Made by a program: the position numbers and the translations under genes
DNA from: Chthoniobacteraceae bacterium
Lineage (GTDB): Bacteria > Verrucomicrobiota > Verrucomicrobiia > Chthoniobacterales > Chthoniobacteraceae
Direction: 5' to 3'
NCBI GenBank assembly: GCA_042691655.1
Contig: CP170506.1
Span: forward strand, 2,217,298-2,281,297
DNA: 64,000 nt
Notes under the pieces: model-generated
Database searches by the model: none
The model's input: only the letters and a program-made list of their open reading frames with translations
Told to the model about the DNA's origin: nothing
Shown: one piece after another, positions 9,688 through 20,728 of the stretch
Layout of the letters: each line of letters starts with the position of its first letter
How positions within the stretch are numbered: position 1 is the first letter of the stretch

Positions 9688-12600
9688 CTAATGAAAATCG
9701 TGTGACGTGCTTCCCTCCAGCGGCGTCTCCGTCAACCGCCGCACCTCCTCGGCCCGGATGATGAGCGTGTTTTCCCGGGCTTGGAGGCGTCCGGTGATGA
9801 CGAGGAAATTCTCCTGCGTAATGACCAGCCGCAGCCGCTCGAAAAGCTTCGGCGAAACGATGGCGTTGGCGATCCCCGTCTCGTCCTCCAGGCTCACGAA
9901 GACAAACCCCTTGGCGGTGCCAGGCCGCTGGCGGCAGATGACGTTTCCGGCGATCGTCACCCACTCCCCGTCCCGGCCGCGAGGCAGGTCGGCGGCGCGC
10001 CAGACCTCCGGCGGCAGGGCAGCGCGCAGGAGCGCCATCGGGTGCGGCCCCACCGTCACGCCGGTCGTCTGGTAATCGGCCTCCGTCCGTTGCGGCGGGG
10101 TCATCGGCGCGAGGGGCGCGGGGGTGGGCGCGGCGGCTCCCCGGCGCTCGGCCCAGGCAAAGAGCCCGGCGAAATCGGCCGCTTCCTCCACCCGCCAAAG
10201 TGCGTCGCGACGGTGCTCCGCCAAGCCGTTGAGCGCCCCAGCCCGGGCCAGGAGGCGCAGTTCGTCGCGGTCCAGACGGGTGCGTTGCCGGAAATCGGCC
10301 AGCGAGGCGAACGCTCCCCTCGCCCGCTCCGCGACGATCCGCCGCGCGTGGTCCCCGGTGAGCCCGCGCAGGTAGCAAAACCCGAGCCGGATGACGCGAT
10401 CCTCCTCCAGCGTACACTCCCACCCCGAATGCAGCACGGAGACCGGCAAAAACCGGAGCCCGCGCCGCTTGCCATCGCGCAATACCGTGGCGGGCGAGTA
10501 GAACCCCATCGGCTGGTTATTGAGAAGCGCCGTGAAGAATTCCCCGGGCCGGTGAAGCTTCAGCCAAGCGCTGGTCCAAACGAGATTCGCGAACGAAATA
10601 GCGTGGCTCTCGGGGAACCCGTAGAGCGCGAACGAACAGACGCCCTTGATGATCTTCTCCATCACTTCCGGCCCCACGCCTTTGCGCTCCATCGCTGCCC
10701 GGAGCTTGGCCGTTACCTTGCGCATTCGTTCGTCCGAGCGGTGGAAGCTCAGCGCACGGCGCAGTTCCTCGGTTTCATCCACATTGAAATCCGCGATGAC
10801 CATGGCCACCTTGAGGATCTGCTCCTGGAAAAGCGGGACGCCGAGCGTGCGCCCCAGCACCGGCTCCAGCGACGGGTGGATCAGGTCCACCGGCTCGCGC
10901 CCGGCCCGGCGGTTGAGGTACGGGTGGACGAGGTCGCCCTGGATCGGCCCGGGCCGGATAATGGCCACCTCTATGACCACGTCGTAAAAGCAGGCCGGTT
11001 TCATCCGGGGCAGCGTGGCCATCTGCGCGCGGCTCTCGATCTGAAAGACGCCGATAGTATCCGCCGATTGCATCATCTCGAATACCGCCGGATCATCGCG
11101 CGGGACGGCCGCCATCTCCACCGGATTGCCCCGCTCGGAACAAAGCGCCAGGCTCTCCTGCAACACCGACATCATCCCGAGCCCGAGCAGATCCACTTTC
11201 ACGATGCCGAGGTCCTCGCAATCGTCCTTGTCCCACTGGGCCACCACGCGCCCGGGCATGGCGGCGCGCTCCAGCGGCACGACGGAATCGAGCTTGCCCT
11301 GGCAAATGATCATCCCGCCCGAGTGCTGCCCCAGGTGGCGCGGCAGGCCGTAAATCCGGGGGAAAAGCGCCAAGAAGGCCCGGGCGCGCGGGTGCTCGCT
11401 CGGCAGCCCGGCGGATTGGAGATGGCTCTCCAGCGCCAGGGTGTGGGGAAAATCGCCCGAGGCGTAGAGGCCCGAGAAGCGGCTCACCACGTCCGGAGCG
11501 AGGTTGAGCGCCTTGCCGATTTCGCGCATAGCACTCTTGCCGCGAAAGGTGATGACGTTGGCCGTCATGGCCGCGCCGTGCTCGCCGTAACGCCGGTAGA
11601 GTTCCTGGATCACCGCCTCGCGCCGAGGGCCGCTGGGCAGGTCGAGGTCGATGTCGGGCCAGCCCTTGCGCCCCTCGCTCAGGAAGCGTTCGAAGAGCAG
11701 GTTGTTGGCTACCGGATCACACGCGGTAATCCCCAGCGAAAAACAGACCGCGCTGTTGGCCGCGCTCCCCCGGCCCTGCATGAGGATGCCCCGCTCGCGG
11801 CAGAAATTCGCGATGTCCCACACGATGAGAAAGTAGCCCGCGAAGCCGAGCTTTTCGATGAGCGCCAGTTCGCGCCGAAGCTGGTCCAGAACGCGCTGGC
11901 TGAGTTTCGGGTAGCGGGCGCGGGCCCCGGCGAACGTCGTTTTCCGCAAAAACGAGTCCATGGATTCCCCCTCCGGCACCGGGTAGCGTGGGAATTCGTA
12001 GCCAAGGTTCTCCAGCGAAAACGAGAGCCGACTGGCGAGGATGCCCGTGTTCTCCACCGCCTCGGGGAGGTCGGCGAAGAGCGCCCGCATGCGGGCCTCG
12101 GGTTTCAGCGCCCGCTCGCTGTTGCGGCTTAGGAGCAGCCCGGCGGCGTCGAGGTTGGTATGATTTCGTATGCACGTGAAGACGTCCAGAACGGCGCGCT
12201 GTGGCCGCTCGGCGTAAAGCACGCCGCCCGTGGCCGCCAGCGGAAGCCGCCGGGCGCGAGCTAGGTCCACCAGCAGGCCGTTGACGAGCTGCTCCCCGCG
12301 CTCCAGGTGGCGCTGGATCTCCACGTACACCCGACCCTTTCCAAACACCGCCTCCAGCCGCGCCACGCCCGCCTCGGCCGCCGCGAGGCCACCCCGCTCC
12401 AGGTCCCGGCGCAGGGCCCCCTCCTCGTCGCCGCTCAGGCAAAAGAGGCCTCCCGCAAACTCCTCCAGATCCCCCCAGAGCACCGGCGCGCTCGTCTTAC
12501 CGCCGCGCAGCTTGGCCCGCGTGATGAGGCGGCTCAGGTTGGCATAGCCCTCGCGGTTCTCGACCAGCACGGGCAGCACGGCGCCGTCGGCCATCGTCAG

Positions 12601-12801
12601 CTCCGCGCCGACGATGGCCTGGATGCCCTGCTCGCGGGCCGCCGCGAAAAGCCGTGGCGCGCCGTAAAGGCCATCGCGGTCACAGAGGCCCACGGCAGGC
12701 AGCCCGAGCGCCGCCGCCTTCCGCGCCAGCTCCTCAGGATGCGAGGCCCCGCGCAAAAAACTCATCGCGCTGCGGGCGTGGAGCTCCACAAAACTACTCA
12801 T
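9688..12801 (-). CDS. dnaE2: error-prone DNA polymerase DnaE2 (ImuC)
   Basis: PHP domain plus Pol III alpha core. True start ATG at 12801 (MSSFVELHARS...). The ORF track's longer version up to 12999 overlaps imuB. 8-bp overlap with the imuB stop. Confidence 0.9.
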   Translation of the reverse strand: MSSFVELHARSAMSFLRGASHPEELARKAAALGLPAVGLCDRDGLYGAPRLFAAAREQGIQAIVGAELTMADGAVLPVLVENREGYANLSRLITRAKLRGGKTSAPVLWGDLEEFAGGLFCLSGDEEGALRRDLERGGLAAAEAGVARLEAVFGKGRVYVEIQRHLERGEQLVNGLLVDLARARRLPLAATGGVLYAERPQRAVLDVFTCIRNHTNLDAAGLLLSRNSERALKPEARMRALFADLPEAVENTGILASRLSFSLENLGYEFPRYPVPEGESMDSFLRKTTFAGARARYPKLSQRVLDQLRRELALIEKLGFAGYFLIVWDIANFCRERGILMQGRGSAANSAVCFSLGITACDPVANNLLFERFLSEGRKGWPDIDLDLPSGPRREAVIQELYRRYGEHGAAMTANVITFRGKSAMREIGKALNLAPDVVSRFSGLYASGDFPHTLALESHLQSAGLPSEHPRARAFLALFPRIYGLPRHLGQHSGGMIICQGKLDSVVPLERAAMPGRVVAQWDKDDCEDLGIVKVDLLGLGMMSVLQESLALCSERGNPVEMAAVPRDDPAVFEMMQSADTIGVFQIESRAQMATLPRMKPACFYDVVIEVAIIRPGPIQGDLVHPYLNRRAGREPVDLIHPSLEPVLGRTLGVPLFQEQILKVAMVIADFNVDETEELRRALSFHRSDERMRKVTAKLRAAMERKGVGPEVMEKIIKGVCSFALYGFPESHAISFANLVWTSAWLKLHRPGEFFTALLNNQPMGFYSPATVLRDGKRRGLRFLPVSVLHSGWECTLEEDRVIRLGFCYLRGLTGDHARRIVAERARGAFASLADFRQRTRLDRDELRLLARAGALNGLAEHRRDALWRVEEAADFAGLFAWAERRGAAAPTPAPLAPMTPPQRTEADYQTTGVTVGPHPMALLRAALPPEVWRAADLPRGRDGEWVTIAGNVICRQRPGTAKGFVFVSLEDETGIANAIVSPKLFERLRLVITQENFLVITGRLQARENTLIIRAEEVRRLTETPLEGSTSHDFH

Positions 12802-14287
12802 CGTAACAGCCCTCCACTTTCCACGCCTCCCCCTCGCGCGAAAGCCGGTAGATGCCGCCACCGGCCATCTGCACGTCCCACTCCTCCGCGCTCCAACGCG
12901 CCTCCCACCAGTCGCCGGAAAGCCGGTAGGGCCCCTGCGCCTCGGCCACCCGCCCGTGGGCGCGCTCGCTCTCCACGTGTTCCGGTTGCGGGATGCCACC
13001 GCCCGTTTCGGCGACCCGCACTCGGGCCGGGATCGGCGGCCGGAAGCGCCTCAAGGGCAGCCCCACGGCGGGGAGCGGCGAGGCGGCGCCCGGAGCCGCC
13101 ACCGCCCCGGCGAAGTCCGGCGTTTTCAGCTCAAACTGATCCGGCTTGTGGGTCGGCTTCAGCCCGGGGATGCCCACGTTGCCGCCGCCTACAACTGCGC
13201 CCAAGCGGGCGAGCGTCTCCGCGAAGCGGTTTGGATCCCCCAGGGCGCTTTCGAAAAACCGAAACTGCCGGTGCTCGGGCCGTGCCGCATTCACACCGAG
13301 CCGCACGCCCGTGGGGGCCTGCTCCAGGCGCAGGTTTTCGAAATGCGTATCGAGCACGCGGTAGAGGACGTCGGCATCGGCCGTGGGCGACGGGATCTGG
13401 AAGAGCCGTTCGTACAACGAGCCGTCGCTGAGCGGCAGGCTCAGGCGCAGGGCCGCAGCGGCCAACCCCGAGCCGCCGAGCCGCGCCGCGAGCTGATCCA
13501 CGAAGCGCCGCAGCAAAAAAAGGAGCGGCTGGGCGGTCTCCAGTTCGCGCTCGAAGTCGAACGCCTCCTCGTAGGTCTCCGGCGGCCTCACCAGCCGAAG
13601 CAGCCGCGTGGAGCGCCCCGCCGCCCGGTCCCAAAGCCGCCCACCCTCCGGCCCGAGCCGTGCGGTCACGTCATCCCGCCCCAGCCGGGTCAGCCCACCG
13701 AGCGTGGTGATCCCCCAGCCTTGCAGCACCTCCGCCAGCTCCGCCGAGGGCCCGAGCGCCTCAATCGGCAGGCCGTCCAGAAATTCCGCCGAATCCCCAA
13801 CCACGCGCACTGGCTCCCGGGCCGTCGTACATTGGGCGGCCAGGAAGGCGAGATCGGGGTTTTCGGCGATCCCTGCGCGCGCTTTGAGATGCAGCGCCGC
13901 CACGCGCCGAATGAGAGCCGTCCCCCAGGCAGCGAACCCGCTCGCGGCTGCCGCGCGGCAACCCTGCAAATCGAGCGTGCAGCAATCCGGCCCCGTCGCC
14001 TCGACATAGGCGCTCATGGAGCACGCCGCGCCCAGCAGCGTTTCGGAAAGCACGCGTTCCGCCGCCGCCGATCGGCTTAAAACCAGGAGCTCCAGGCAGC
14101 GGGCCTGCGCCTGGGTGGGGCTCATGCCCGGCTCGACCCCGGCGAGGGTGGCCCGGGCGTTGCACTCCACCACGACCGGCGCGCCACCCGGCGCGTCCAC
14201 CACGGCGGCGGGCTGCCGGTGGCCTTCGGGCCGGTAGCGCAGGGCTGCCGCAAGCCGATAATCCGGGCTGAAAAAGGCGCAAAACAT
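12794..14287 (-). CDS. imuB: ImuB (Y-family DNA polymerase-like accessory protein of the mutagenesis cassette)
   Basis: ~497 aa from ATG 14287 (MFCAFFSPDY...). The ORF's upstream TTG at 14332 is the alternative. Y-family fold sequence. Position between imuA and dnaE2. Confidence 0.8.
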   Translation of the reverse strand: MFCAFFSPDYRLAAALRYRPEGHRQPAAVVDAPGGAPVVVECNARATLAGVEPGMSPTQAQARCLELLVLSRSAAAERVLSETLLGAACSMSAYVEATGPDCCTLDLQGCRAAAASGFAAWGTALIRRVAALHLKARAGIAENPDLAFLAAQCTTAREPVRVVGDSAEFLDGLPIEALGPSAELAEVLQGWGITTLGGLTRLGRDDVTARLGPEGGRLWDRAAGRSTRLLRLVRPPETYEEAFDFERELETAQPLLFLLRRFVDQLAARLGGSGLAAAALRLSLPLSDGSLYERLFQIPSPTADADVLYRVLDTHFENLRLEQAPTGVRLGVNAARPEHRQFRFFESALGDPNRFAETLARLGAVVGGGNVGIPGLKPTHKPDQFELKTPDFAGAVAAPGAASPLPAVGLPLRRFRPPIPARVRVAETGGGIPQPEHVESERAHGRVAEAQGPYRLSGDWWEARWSAEEWDVQMAGGGIYRLSREGEAWKVEGCYDE

Positions 14288-14324
14288 ACGATTTTTAACC
14301 GCTAAAGGGGTCAAAATGGGGGGG

Positions 14325-14960
14325 CTACGCAATCCGCAGCTCCGGAGCAGCCTGGGCCCGGCGGTGAACCCGCTCCGCTACAAGCCGCAGCTCCGTCCGA
14401 CGCCGCTGCATGGCTGCGAGGGTCCAGCGGTTGTGCAGTTCGATCCGCTCCACGGCGCTGCTCACCACGGGCCGAGGCGTGAACGCCACCAGCATCGATG
14501 CCGTCGGCTCCACGATGCGCTGGAAGCGGTACCAGGTGGTGGCGGGGATGCGCCTCAGATCGGCGTTCATCTGGAGATCGAGCAAAATGAGGGGGATATT
14601 GCCGTCGCGCAACAGGAGATCGGCGGCTTTCACCGCCGTGCCCGCCTCCGCGCAGCGTACCCAGAGCAGGTGGCGCAAATCCCGGCCACATTGCGCGGGG
14701 TCGAACCCGCCCGTGCCGTCCACCAGCGCCACCATCATTCCGGCGGCCCGGGCCGCGCCGATGAGCCCCTCCAGGAGGAGCATTCCCGAGCCCGGCGAGC
14801 CGCACACCTCCGTCACCGCGCCGCGCCGCAGCTCGATCTCCGGGCTATCGACACGGAACACCCCAGCCGCTTTCGGCTCGGCAGCCGGAAACTTTTCCGA
14901 AAGCAGAGCCCGCAACGCGGTGATCTTGGGGGACCCGCTCTCATGCGCGATGGTCGGCAT
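14325..14960 (-). CDS. imuA: ImuA (RecA/SulA-fold cell-division-inhibitor-like protein of the SOS mutagenesis cassette)
   Basis: 211 aa with degenerate P-loop (CGSPGSGMLLL). Located between lexA and imuB. 20-bp overlap with the lexA 3' end. Confidence 0.7.
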   Translation of the reverse strand: MPTIAHESGSPKITALRALLSEKFPAAEPKAAGVFRVDSPEIELRRGAVTEVCGSPGSGMLLLEGLIGAARAAGMMVALVDGTGGFDPAQCGRDLRHLLWVRCAEAGTAVKAADLLLRDGNIPLILLDLQMNADLRRIPATTWYRFQRIVEPTASMLVAFTPRPVVSSAVERIELHNRWTLAAMQRRRTELRLVAERVHRRAQAAPELRIA

Positions 14961-15609
14961 AACGAATCAATCCCCGGAACACTCCGGCCAGGGTCACTTC
15001 CCTGGCGGGAAGGACCTGGTCGGGATAGGCCGGATTGGACGCCACACAACGGACGGTGCGCCCGCCGTCTTCAAAATAAACGCGCTTCAAAGTCGCATCG
15101 CACTCCCCCTGCTCGCGCCCCAGCATCACGGCGGCGATCTCCCCCCGGGCTGCCTCCACGCCGGGGCGGATGAGGACATGATCGCCGGGCAGAATGCCGT
15201 CGCCGATCATCGAATCCCCACGCACGCGCAGCAAAAAATCGCCCGGCTGGTGCGGCAGCAGCTCGTCGCTCTCCACGACGCTCTCCGGCTCCGCGATGGC
15301 CTCCTCCAGCAAGCCCGCGCGGATCGTCCCCAGCACCGGAAGCCCGCTCCCCTCGGCCACGCCGTAGCGCCCCTTGGGGCTCAGCTTTACCAGCTGATCG
15401 CGCCCGAAGCCGCCGCCGCCGCCGATGGTGATGAACCCGTTGCGCTCCATGATCCGCAGCGTCGGCACCAGGCTGGAGCGCCCCGAAAGCCCCAGCTCGC
15501 GCACAAGCGCCGAGACGAGGGCGGGAAAGCCGTCGCGCTCGATCGCCGCGATGGCCTTGGCCACCCGGTGTTGAGCCGCGGAAAGTTGGGTGCTGCGAGG
15601 TCTTGCCAT
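14941..15609 (-). CDS. lexA: LexA repressor (S24 peptidase)
   Basis: 222 aa. N-terminal wHTH. C-terminal S24 domain with the Ser-Lys dyad context (VRGDSMIGDGILPGD ... K). Confidence 0.9.
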   Translation of the reverse strand: MARPRSTQLSAAQHRVAKAIAAIERDGFPALVSALVRELGLSGRSSLVPTLRIMERNGFITIGGGGGFGRDQLVKLSPKGRYGVAEGSGLPVLGTIRAGLLEEAIAEPESVVESDELLPHQPGDFLLRVRGDSMIGDGILPGDHVLIRPGVEAARGEIAAVMLGREQGECDATLKRVYFEDGGRTVRCVASNPAYPDQVLPAREVTLAGVFRGLIRYADHRA

Positions 15610-15696
15610 TACATCGCCAATATTGACGATATAATTCCAAAGATCAAGGCGAAATACCGGGAAATGCTCTGCCCAAGTTGAACTGGAGTGGTTTTC

Positions 15697-16755
<1,059 letters not shown>

Positions 16756-16823
16756 TTAGTTTAACAGCCTGCAAAAGATCCCCCAAGTGTCATTTTGTGA
16801 TGTTTTTGGCCGGGATTGCCGCG

Positions 16824-17450
16824 TTATTGAGCCCGGTTTCGCGCTTCGTAGCTCGTCATCAAGTTGCGGTAATTGGGAACGTGGTTGGAGAGGAGATTGC
16901 CGAGCCCCACGACGTCGTTGCGCCAGTCCCGGTGCAGTTCGCTCGCCACGCTGAACCAGCTCATCAGCTGCGCCCCCGCCGCCGCCATCCGCGCCCAGGC
17001 GGCGTGCCGCATCACCTCGTTAAAGGTTCCCGAGGCGTCGGTCACGACAAAGACCTCGTAGCCCGCCTCCAAGGCCGAGAGGGTGGGAAAGGCCACGCAG
17101 ACATCCGTGACGACCCCCGCGATGAGGAGCTGCTTGCGCCCGGTGGCTTTGACGGCCTCGACGAAATCGGCGTTGTCCCAAGCATTGATCTGCCCCGGGC
17201 GGGCGATGTGGGGAGCGTCGGGGAAAAGGGCTTTCAGTTCGGGGACAATGGGGCCGTTGGGGCCCGCCTCGAAGCTCGTGGTAAGGATCGTGGGCAGGCC
17301 GTAGTATTTGGCGATATCGCCAAAGGCGAGGACGTTGTTCTTGAATTCGGCGGGGGTGAAATCCTGGACCAGCGAGATCAGGCCCGACTGATGATCGACG
17401 AAGAGAGCTACGGCTTCGTCCTTGGAAATGCGGCGGTATTGAAATGCCAT
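16824..17450 (-). CDS. isochorismatase-family hydrolase
   Basis: 208 aa. Catalytic Asp/Lys/Cys (VTDVCV) arrangement of YcaC-like isochorismatases. Confidence 0.85.
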   Translation of the reverse strand: MAFQYRRISKDEAVALFVDHQSGLISLVQDFTPAEFKNNVLAFGDIAKYYGLPTILTTSFEAGPNGPIVPELKALFPDAPHIARPGQINAWDNADFVEAVKATGRKQLLIAGVVTDVCVAFPTLSALEAGYEVFVVTDASGTFNEVMRHAAWARMAAAGAQLMSWFSVASELHRDWRNDVVGLGNLLSNHVPNYRNLMTSYEARNRAQ

Positions 17451-17571
17451 AGACCTCTAATTCGTGAGGTGGGGAGACGCCGGGTGGACCGCCGTTTCCG
17501 CGCCGCTTCCCCGGTTTCGGCGTAATGAATTGCTTGAATTGACCGCCGGGAAAGGTAGGCTCGCCATTCCT

Positions 17572-18822
17572 ATGCAACTCTTACCCGGTTTCCGCGACTT
17601 TTACCCGGAGGACTGCGCCCGCCGCAATTACATCGTGGCCACGTGGCGTGAAGTCGCGCGCCGCTATGGGTTTGTGGAGTTCGATGGCCCGATGCTGGAG
17701 CCCGTCGAGCTCTATAAAAAGAAGAGCGGTGGCGAGCTGGTGGGGCAACTCTTTGATTTCGTGGACAAAGGCGAGCGCCATGTGACGCTGCGCCCCGAGA
17801 TGACGCCCACCCTGGCCCGCATGGTGATCGCCCGCGAGCGGGACTTTAAAAAGCCCATCAAGTGGTTCTGCGCACCCCAGTTTTTCCGCTACGAGAAGCA
17901 GCAAAAAGGGCGGCTCCGCGAATTCGGCCAGCTCAACTGCGATTTGATCGGCGAATCCTCCGTGGCCGCCGACGCCGAGATGGTGGCCCTCGCCATCGAC
18001 ATGCTGCGCGCCTTCGGCCTCGAAGCCGGTGATTTCGTCGTCCGGGTGAGCGACCGCGACGCCTGGAAAGCCTTCCTCAACGCCCACGGCACCTTTACCG
18101 ACGCCCAGTTGACCGATTTTCTCCAGATCGTGGACAAAATTGAGCGCGACCGCCCTGAGCAGACCGAGACGAAGCTGGCCCCCCTCGGCCTCACGCTGGA
18201 GCAAGTCCGGGCGTTCATCACCGACCCCGGCACGCACTTCGAACGCTTCAACGCCCTGGCCGCCGAACTCGACGCCCGTGGCTTGAAAGGCTTCTACCAA
18301 CTCGACCCGACCATCGTGCGCGGCCTGGCCTACTACACGGGCCTGGTTTTCGAGGTTTTCGACCGCCAAAAGACCCTCCGGGCCGTGGCGGGCGGAGGCC
18401 GATACGACAACCTCATGGAGCTCATGAGCGACGGGAAGTGCAACCTCCCCGCCATCGGCTTTGGCATGGGCGACGTGGTTTTAAGCCAGCTCATCGACTC
18501 CACCCCGGCGGCCGCTGAAAAAATGAAAGCGTGGATCGCCCGGCGGCACGCGGCGGATGTCTACGTCGTCATCGCCAACGAAACGCACCGGGGCGAGGCC
18601 CTGGGGCTCGTTTCGCAGCTCCGCAACGGCGGGGCGCGTGTCGATTACCCGCTTTCCGGCGCGAAAGTCGGCAAGCAATTCCAGGCCGCCGAACAGGCCG
18701 GGGCGCGCTACGCGCTGGTCGTCGGCGACGAATGGCCCCAGCTTAAACTGAAAACCCTCGCCACACGCGAGGAAACGCTCGTTTCCATCGAGGAACTGCC
18801 CGCGATATTGGCCAGATCCTAA
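17572..18822 (+). CDS. hisS: histidine--tRNA ligase
   Basis: Class II aaRS motifs (FRYEKQQKGRLREF...), C-terminal anticodon-binding domain. Start ATG 17572 (MQLLPGFRDF). Confidence 0.9.
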   Translation: MQLLPGFRDFYPEDCARRNYIVATWREVARRYGFVEFDGPMLEPVELYKKKSGGELVGQLFDFVDKGERHVTLRPEMTPTLARMVIARERDFKKPIKWFCAPQFFRYEKQQKGRLREFGQLNCDLIGESSVAADAEMVALAIDMLRAFGLEAGDFVVRVSDRDAWKAFLNAHGTFTDAQLTDFLQIVDKIERDRPEQTETKLAPLGLTLEQVRAFITDPGTHFERFNALAAELDARGLKGFYQLDPTIVRGLAYYTGLVFEVFDRQKTLRAVAGGGRYDNLMELMSDGKCNLPAIGFGMGDVVLSQLIDSTPAAAEKMKAWIARRHAADVYVVIANETHRGEALGLVSQLRNGGARVDYPLSGAKVGKQFQAAEQAGARYALVVGDEWPQLKLKTLATREETLVSIEELPAILARS

Positions 18823-18851
18823 TCATCTTTTTAACTATACCGCACCGTCTC

Positions 18852-20627
18852 ATGTACCGCACTCACCTCTGCAACGCTCTCCGCAAGGAACACATCGGCC
18901 AGACCGTCACCCTCTCGGGCTGGGTCAACTCCCGCCGCGACCATGGCGGGGTCATTTTCATTGATTTGCGCGACCGCGAGGGTCTGACCCAGGTCGTTTT
19001 TCGGCCCGAAGAGAATCCGCAGGTGGCCGAGGCCTCGCATGACCTCCGCAGCGAGGACGTCATCAAAATCACCGGCAAAGTCGTCGCCCGCCTCGAAGGC
19101 ACCGTGAACCCGAAGCTGGAAACCGGCGAAATCGAAGTCATCGCCACGGAGCTCGTCGTGCTCAACAAATCCGACGTGCCCCCCTTCCCGCTCGACTCCA
19201 AGATCGCCAACGAAGACCTCCGCCTGACCTACCGCTACCTGGATCTCCGCCGCTCCGAGATGACCCAGAACCTCAAGCTGCGCCACCGGGTCGTCAAAAG
19301 CACCCGGGACTACCTCGACGAGCACGGCTACCTGGAAATCGAAACCCCCATCCTCTCCAACCCCACGCCCGAGGGCGCACGGGACTTCCTGGTGCCCTCC
19401 CGCCTGACCCCCGGCTCCTTCTACGCCCTTCCGCAGGCTCCGCAGCAGTACAAGCAGCTCCTGCAAGTCGCCGGTCTGGAGAAATACTTCCAAATCGCCC
19501 GCTGCTTCCGCGACGAAGACCTGCGCGCCGACCGCCAGCCGGAATTCACGCAGATCGATCTCGAAGCCTCGTTCATCACCGAAGAGGAGATCCAGACCCT
19601 CGTGGAGGGCCTCCTCTCCCGCATCTTTCAGGAATCCAAGGGCATCGACCTCCCCACGCCCTTCGCTCGCATGCCGTACAGCGAGGCGCTCAACCGCTTC
19701 GGCTCCGACAAGCCCGACACCCGCTTCGGCATCGAACTGACCGAACTCTCCGACATCTTCGGCAACTCCGGCTTCAAGGTCTTCCGCTCCGTGCTCGACG
19801 GCGGCGGGGTCATCAAGGGCATCAACGCCAAGGGAGCCGCCAGCGCCTTCTCCAAGGAACAGCTCAAAAAGTGGGAAGAGTGGGTCAAGGTGGAATTCGG
19901 CGCCAAGGGCCTGGCTTACATCCGCCTCAAAGACGGGGCTTGGGAATCGCCCATCGTCAAATTCTTCAGCGAAGAGGAAAAAACGGCCCTCGCCGCGCGC
20001 ATGAACTTCGAGGAAGGGGACGTCCTCTTCTTCGGCGCGGGAGCCTGGGAGCAGGTCTGCGAGATTCTGGGCCGCGTCCGTCTGCGCTGCGCCGATCTGC
20101 TCAAAATCCTCGAAGGCAACACCAACCTCAATTTCTTGTGGGTCGTCGATTTCCCGCTGCTCGCCTGGAGCGCCGAGGAAAACAAGTGGGTGGCCGTTCA
20201 CCATCCCTTCACGCGGCCCAAGATCGAGGACGTTGCGCTCCTCGAAGCCGGGGAATTCGGCAAAGTGCGCGCCGTGGCCTACGACGTGGTGCTCAACGGC
20301 GTGGAACTCGGCGGCGGATCGCTCCGTATCCACGAAAGGGACCTGCAAGCCAAGATTTTCGACGTGCTCGGCGTCACGCCAGAGGAGCAGCAGGCGAAGT
20401 TCTCGCACCTGCTCAAGGCGTTCAGCTTTGGCGCGCCTCCCCACGGCGGCCTCGCCCTCGGCCTCGACCGCTTGGTCATGCTGATCTGCGGCGCGGAGAG
20501 CATCCGTGAAGTGATTGCCTTCCCGAAAAACAACCGTGGCTCGGACCTGATGACCCAGTCCCCCGTGAAGGTGGACTTCAAGCAGCTCCGCGAGCTCTAC
20601 ATCCAGAGCACCGTCAAGAAGGCGTAA
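18852..20627 (+). CDS. aspS: aspartate--tRNA ligase
   Basis: 591 aa. N-terminal OB anticodon-binding fold. Class II core (FRDEDLRADRQPEFTQIDLE; GGLALGLDRLVML). Confidence 0.95.
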   Translation: MYRTHLCNALRKEHIGQTVTLSGWVNSRRDHGGVIFIDLRDREGLTQVVFRPEENPQVAEASHDLRSEDVIKITGKVVARLEGTVNPKLETGEIEVIATELVVLNKSDVPPFPLDSKIANEDLRLTYRYLDLRRSEMTQNLKLRHRVVKSTRDYLDEHGYLEIETPILSNPTPEGARDFLVPSRLTPGSFYALPQAPQQYKQLLQVAGLEKYFQIARCFRDEDLRADRQPEFTQIDLEASFITEEEIQTLVEGLLSRIFQESKGIDLPTPFARMPYSEALNRFGSDKPDTRFGIELTELSDIFGNSGFKVFRSVLDGGGVIKGINAKGAASAFSKEQLKKWEEWVKVEFGAKGLAYIRLKDGAWESPIVKFFSEEEKTALAARMNFEEGDVLFFGAGAWEQVCEILGRVRLRCADLLKILEGNTNLNFLWVVDFPLLAWSAEENKWVAVHHPFTRPKIEDVALLEAGEFGKVRAVAYDVVLNGVELGGGSLRIHERDLQAKIFDVLGVTPEEQQAKFSHLLKAFSFGAPPHGGLALGLDRLVMLICGAESIREVIAFPKNNRGSDLMTQSPVKVDFKQLRELYIQSTVKKA

Positions 20628-20652
20628 GCCCCCGGGCTGGTTTTTATACAAA

Positions 20653-20696
20653 GGCACGAGGCACACGAAGAAATGCGTGGGCTTCGTGCCTTTTTT
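20653..20696 (+). terminator. rho-independent terminator after aspS
   Basis: 9-bp stem GGCACGAGG/CTTCGTGCC (one G-U) followed by TTTTTT, 25 bp after the aspS stop. Confidence 0.5.
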
Positions 20697-20728
20697 GTGC
20701 GCTATATAGCCCTTGGCGCTACACGAAG

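Noticed and set aside
9781-12132. 783-aa plus-strand ORF antisense to dnaE2, and similar long antisense or alternate-frame ORFs (for example 2396-3505, 12307-13431, 18831-20666, 27361-29844, 41552-43237)
   Set aside because: They overlap well-supported conserved genes on the opposite strand. Their translations are Arg/Gly/Ala/Pro-rich low-complexity strings typical of stop-codon-poor shadow frames in ~65% GC DNA. No domain signatures.
12802-12999. N-terminal 66-codon extension of dnaE2 in the ORF track
   Set aside because: Extension is Arg/Gly-rich low complexity and overlaps the imuB 3' end. The conserved PHP domain begins right after the internal ATG at 12801, which forms the ATGAGTAG stop-start overlap with imuB.
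14288-14332. TTG-initiated long form of imuB overlapping imuA by 8 bp
   Set aside because: TTG start gives a non-conserved 15-residue extension, whereas the internal ATG yields the canonical M-x-x-x-F-F-x-P start of ImuB/Y-family proteins. Kept as the alternative in the feature note.
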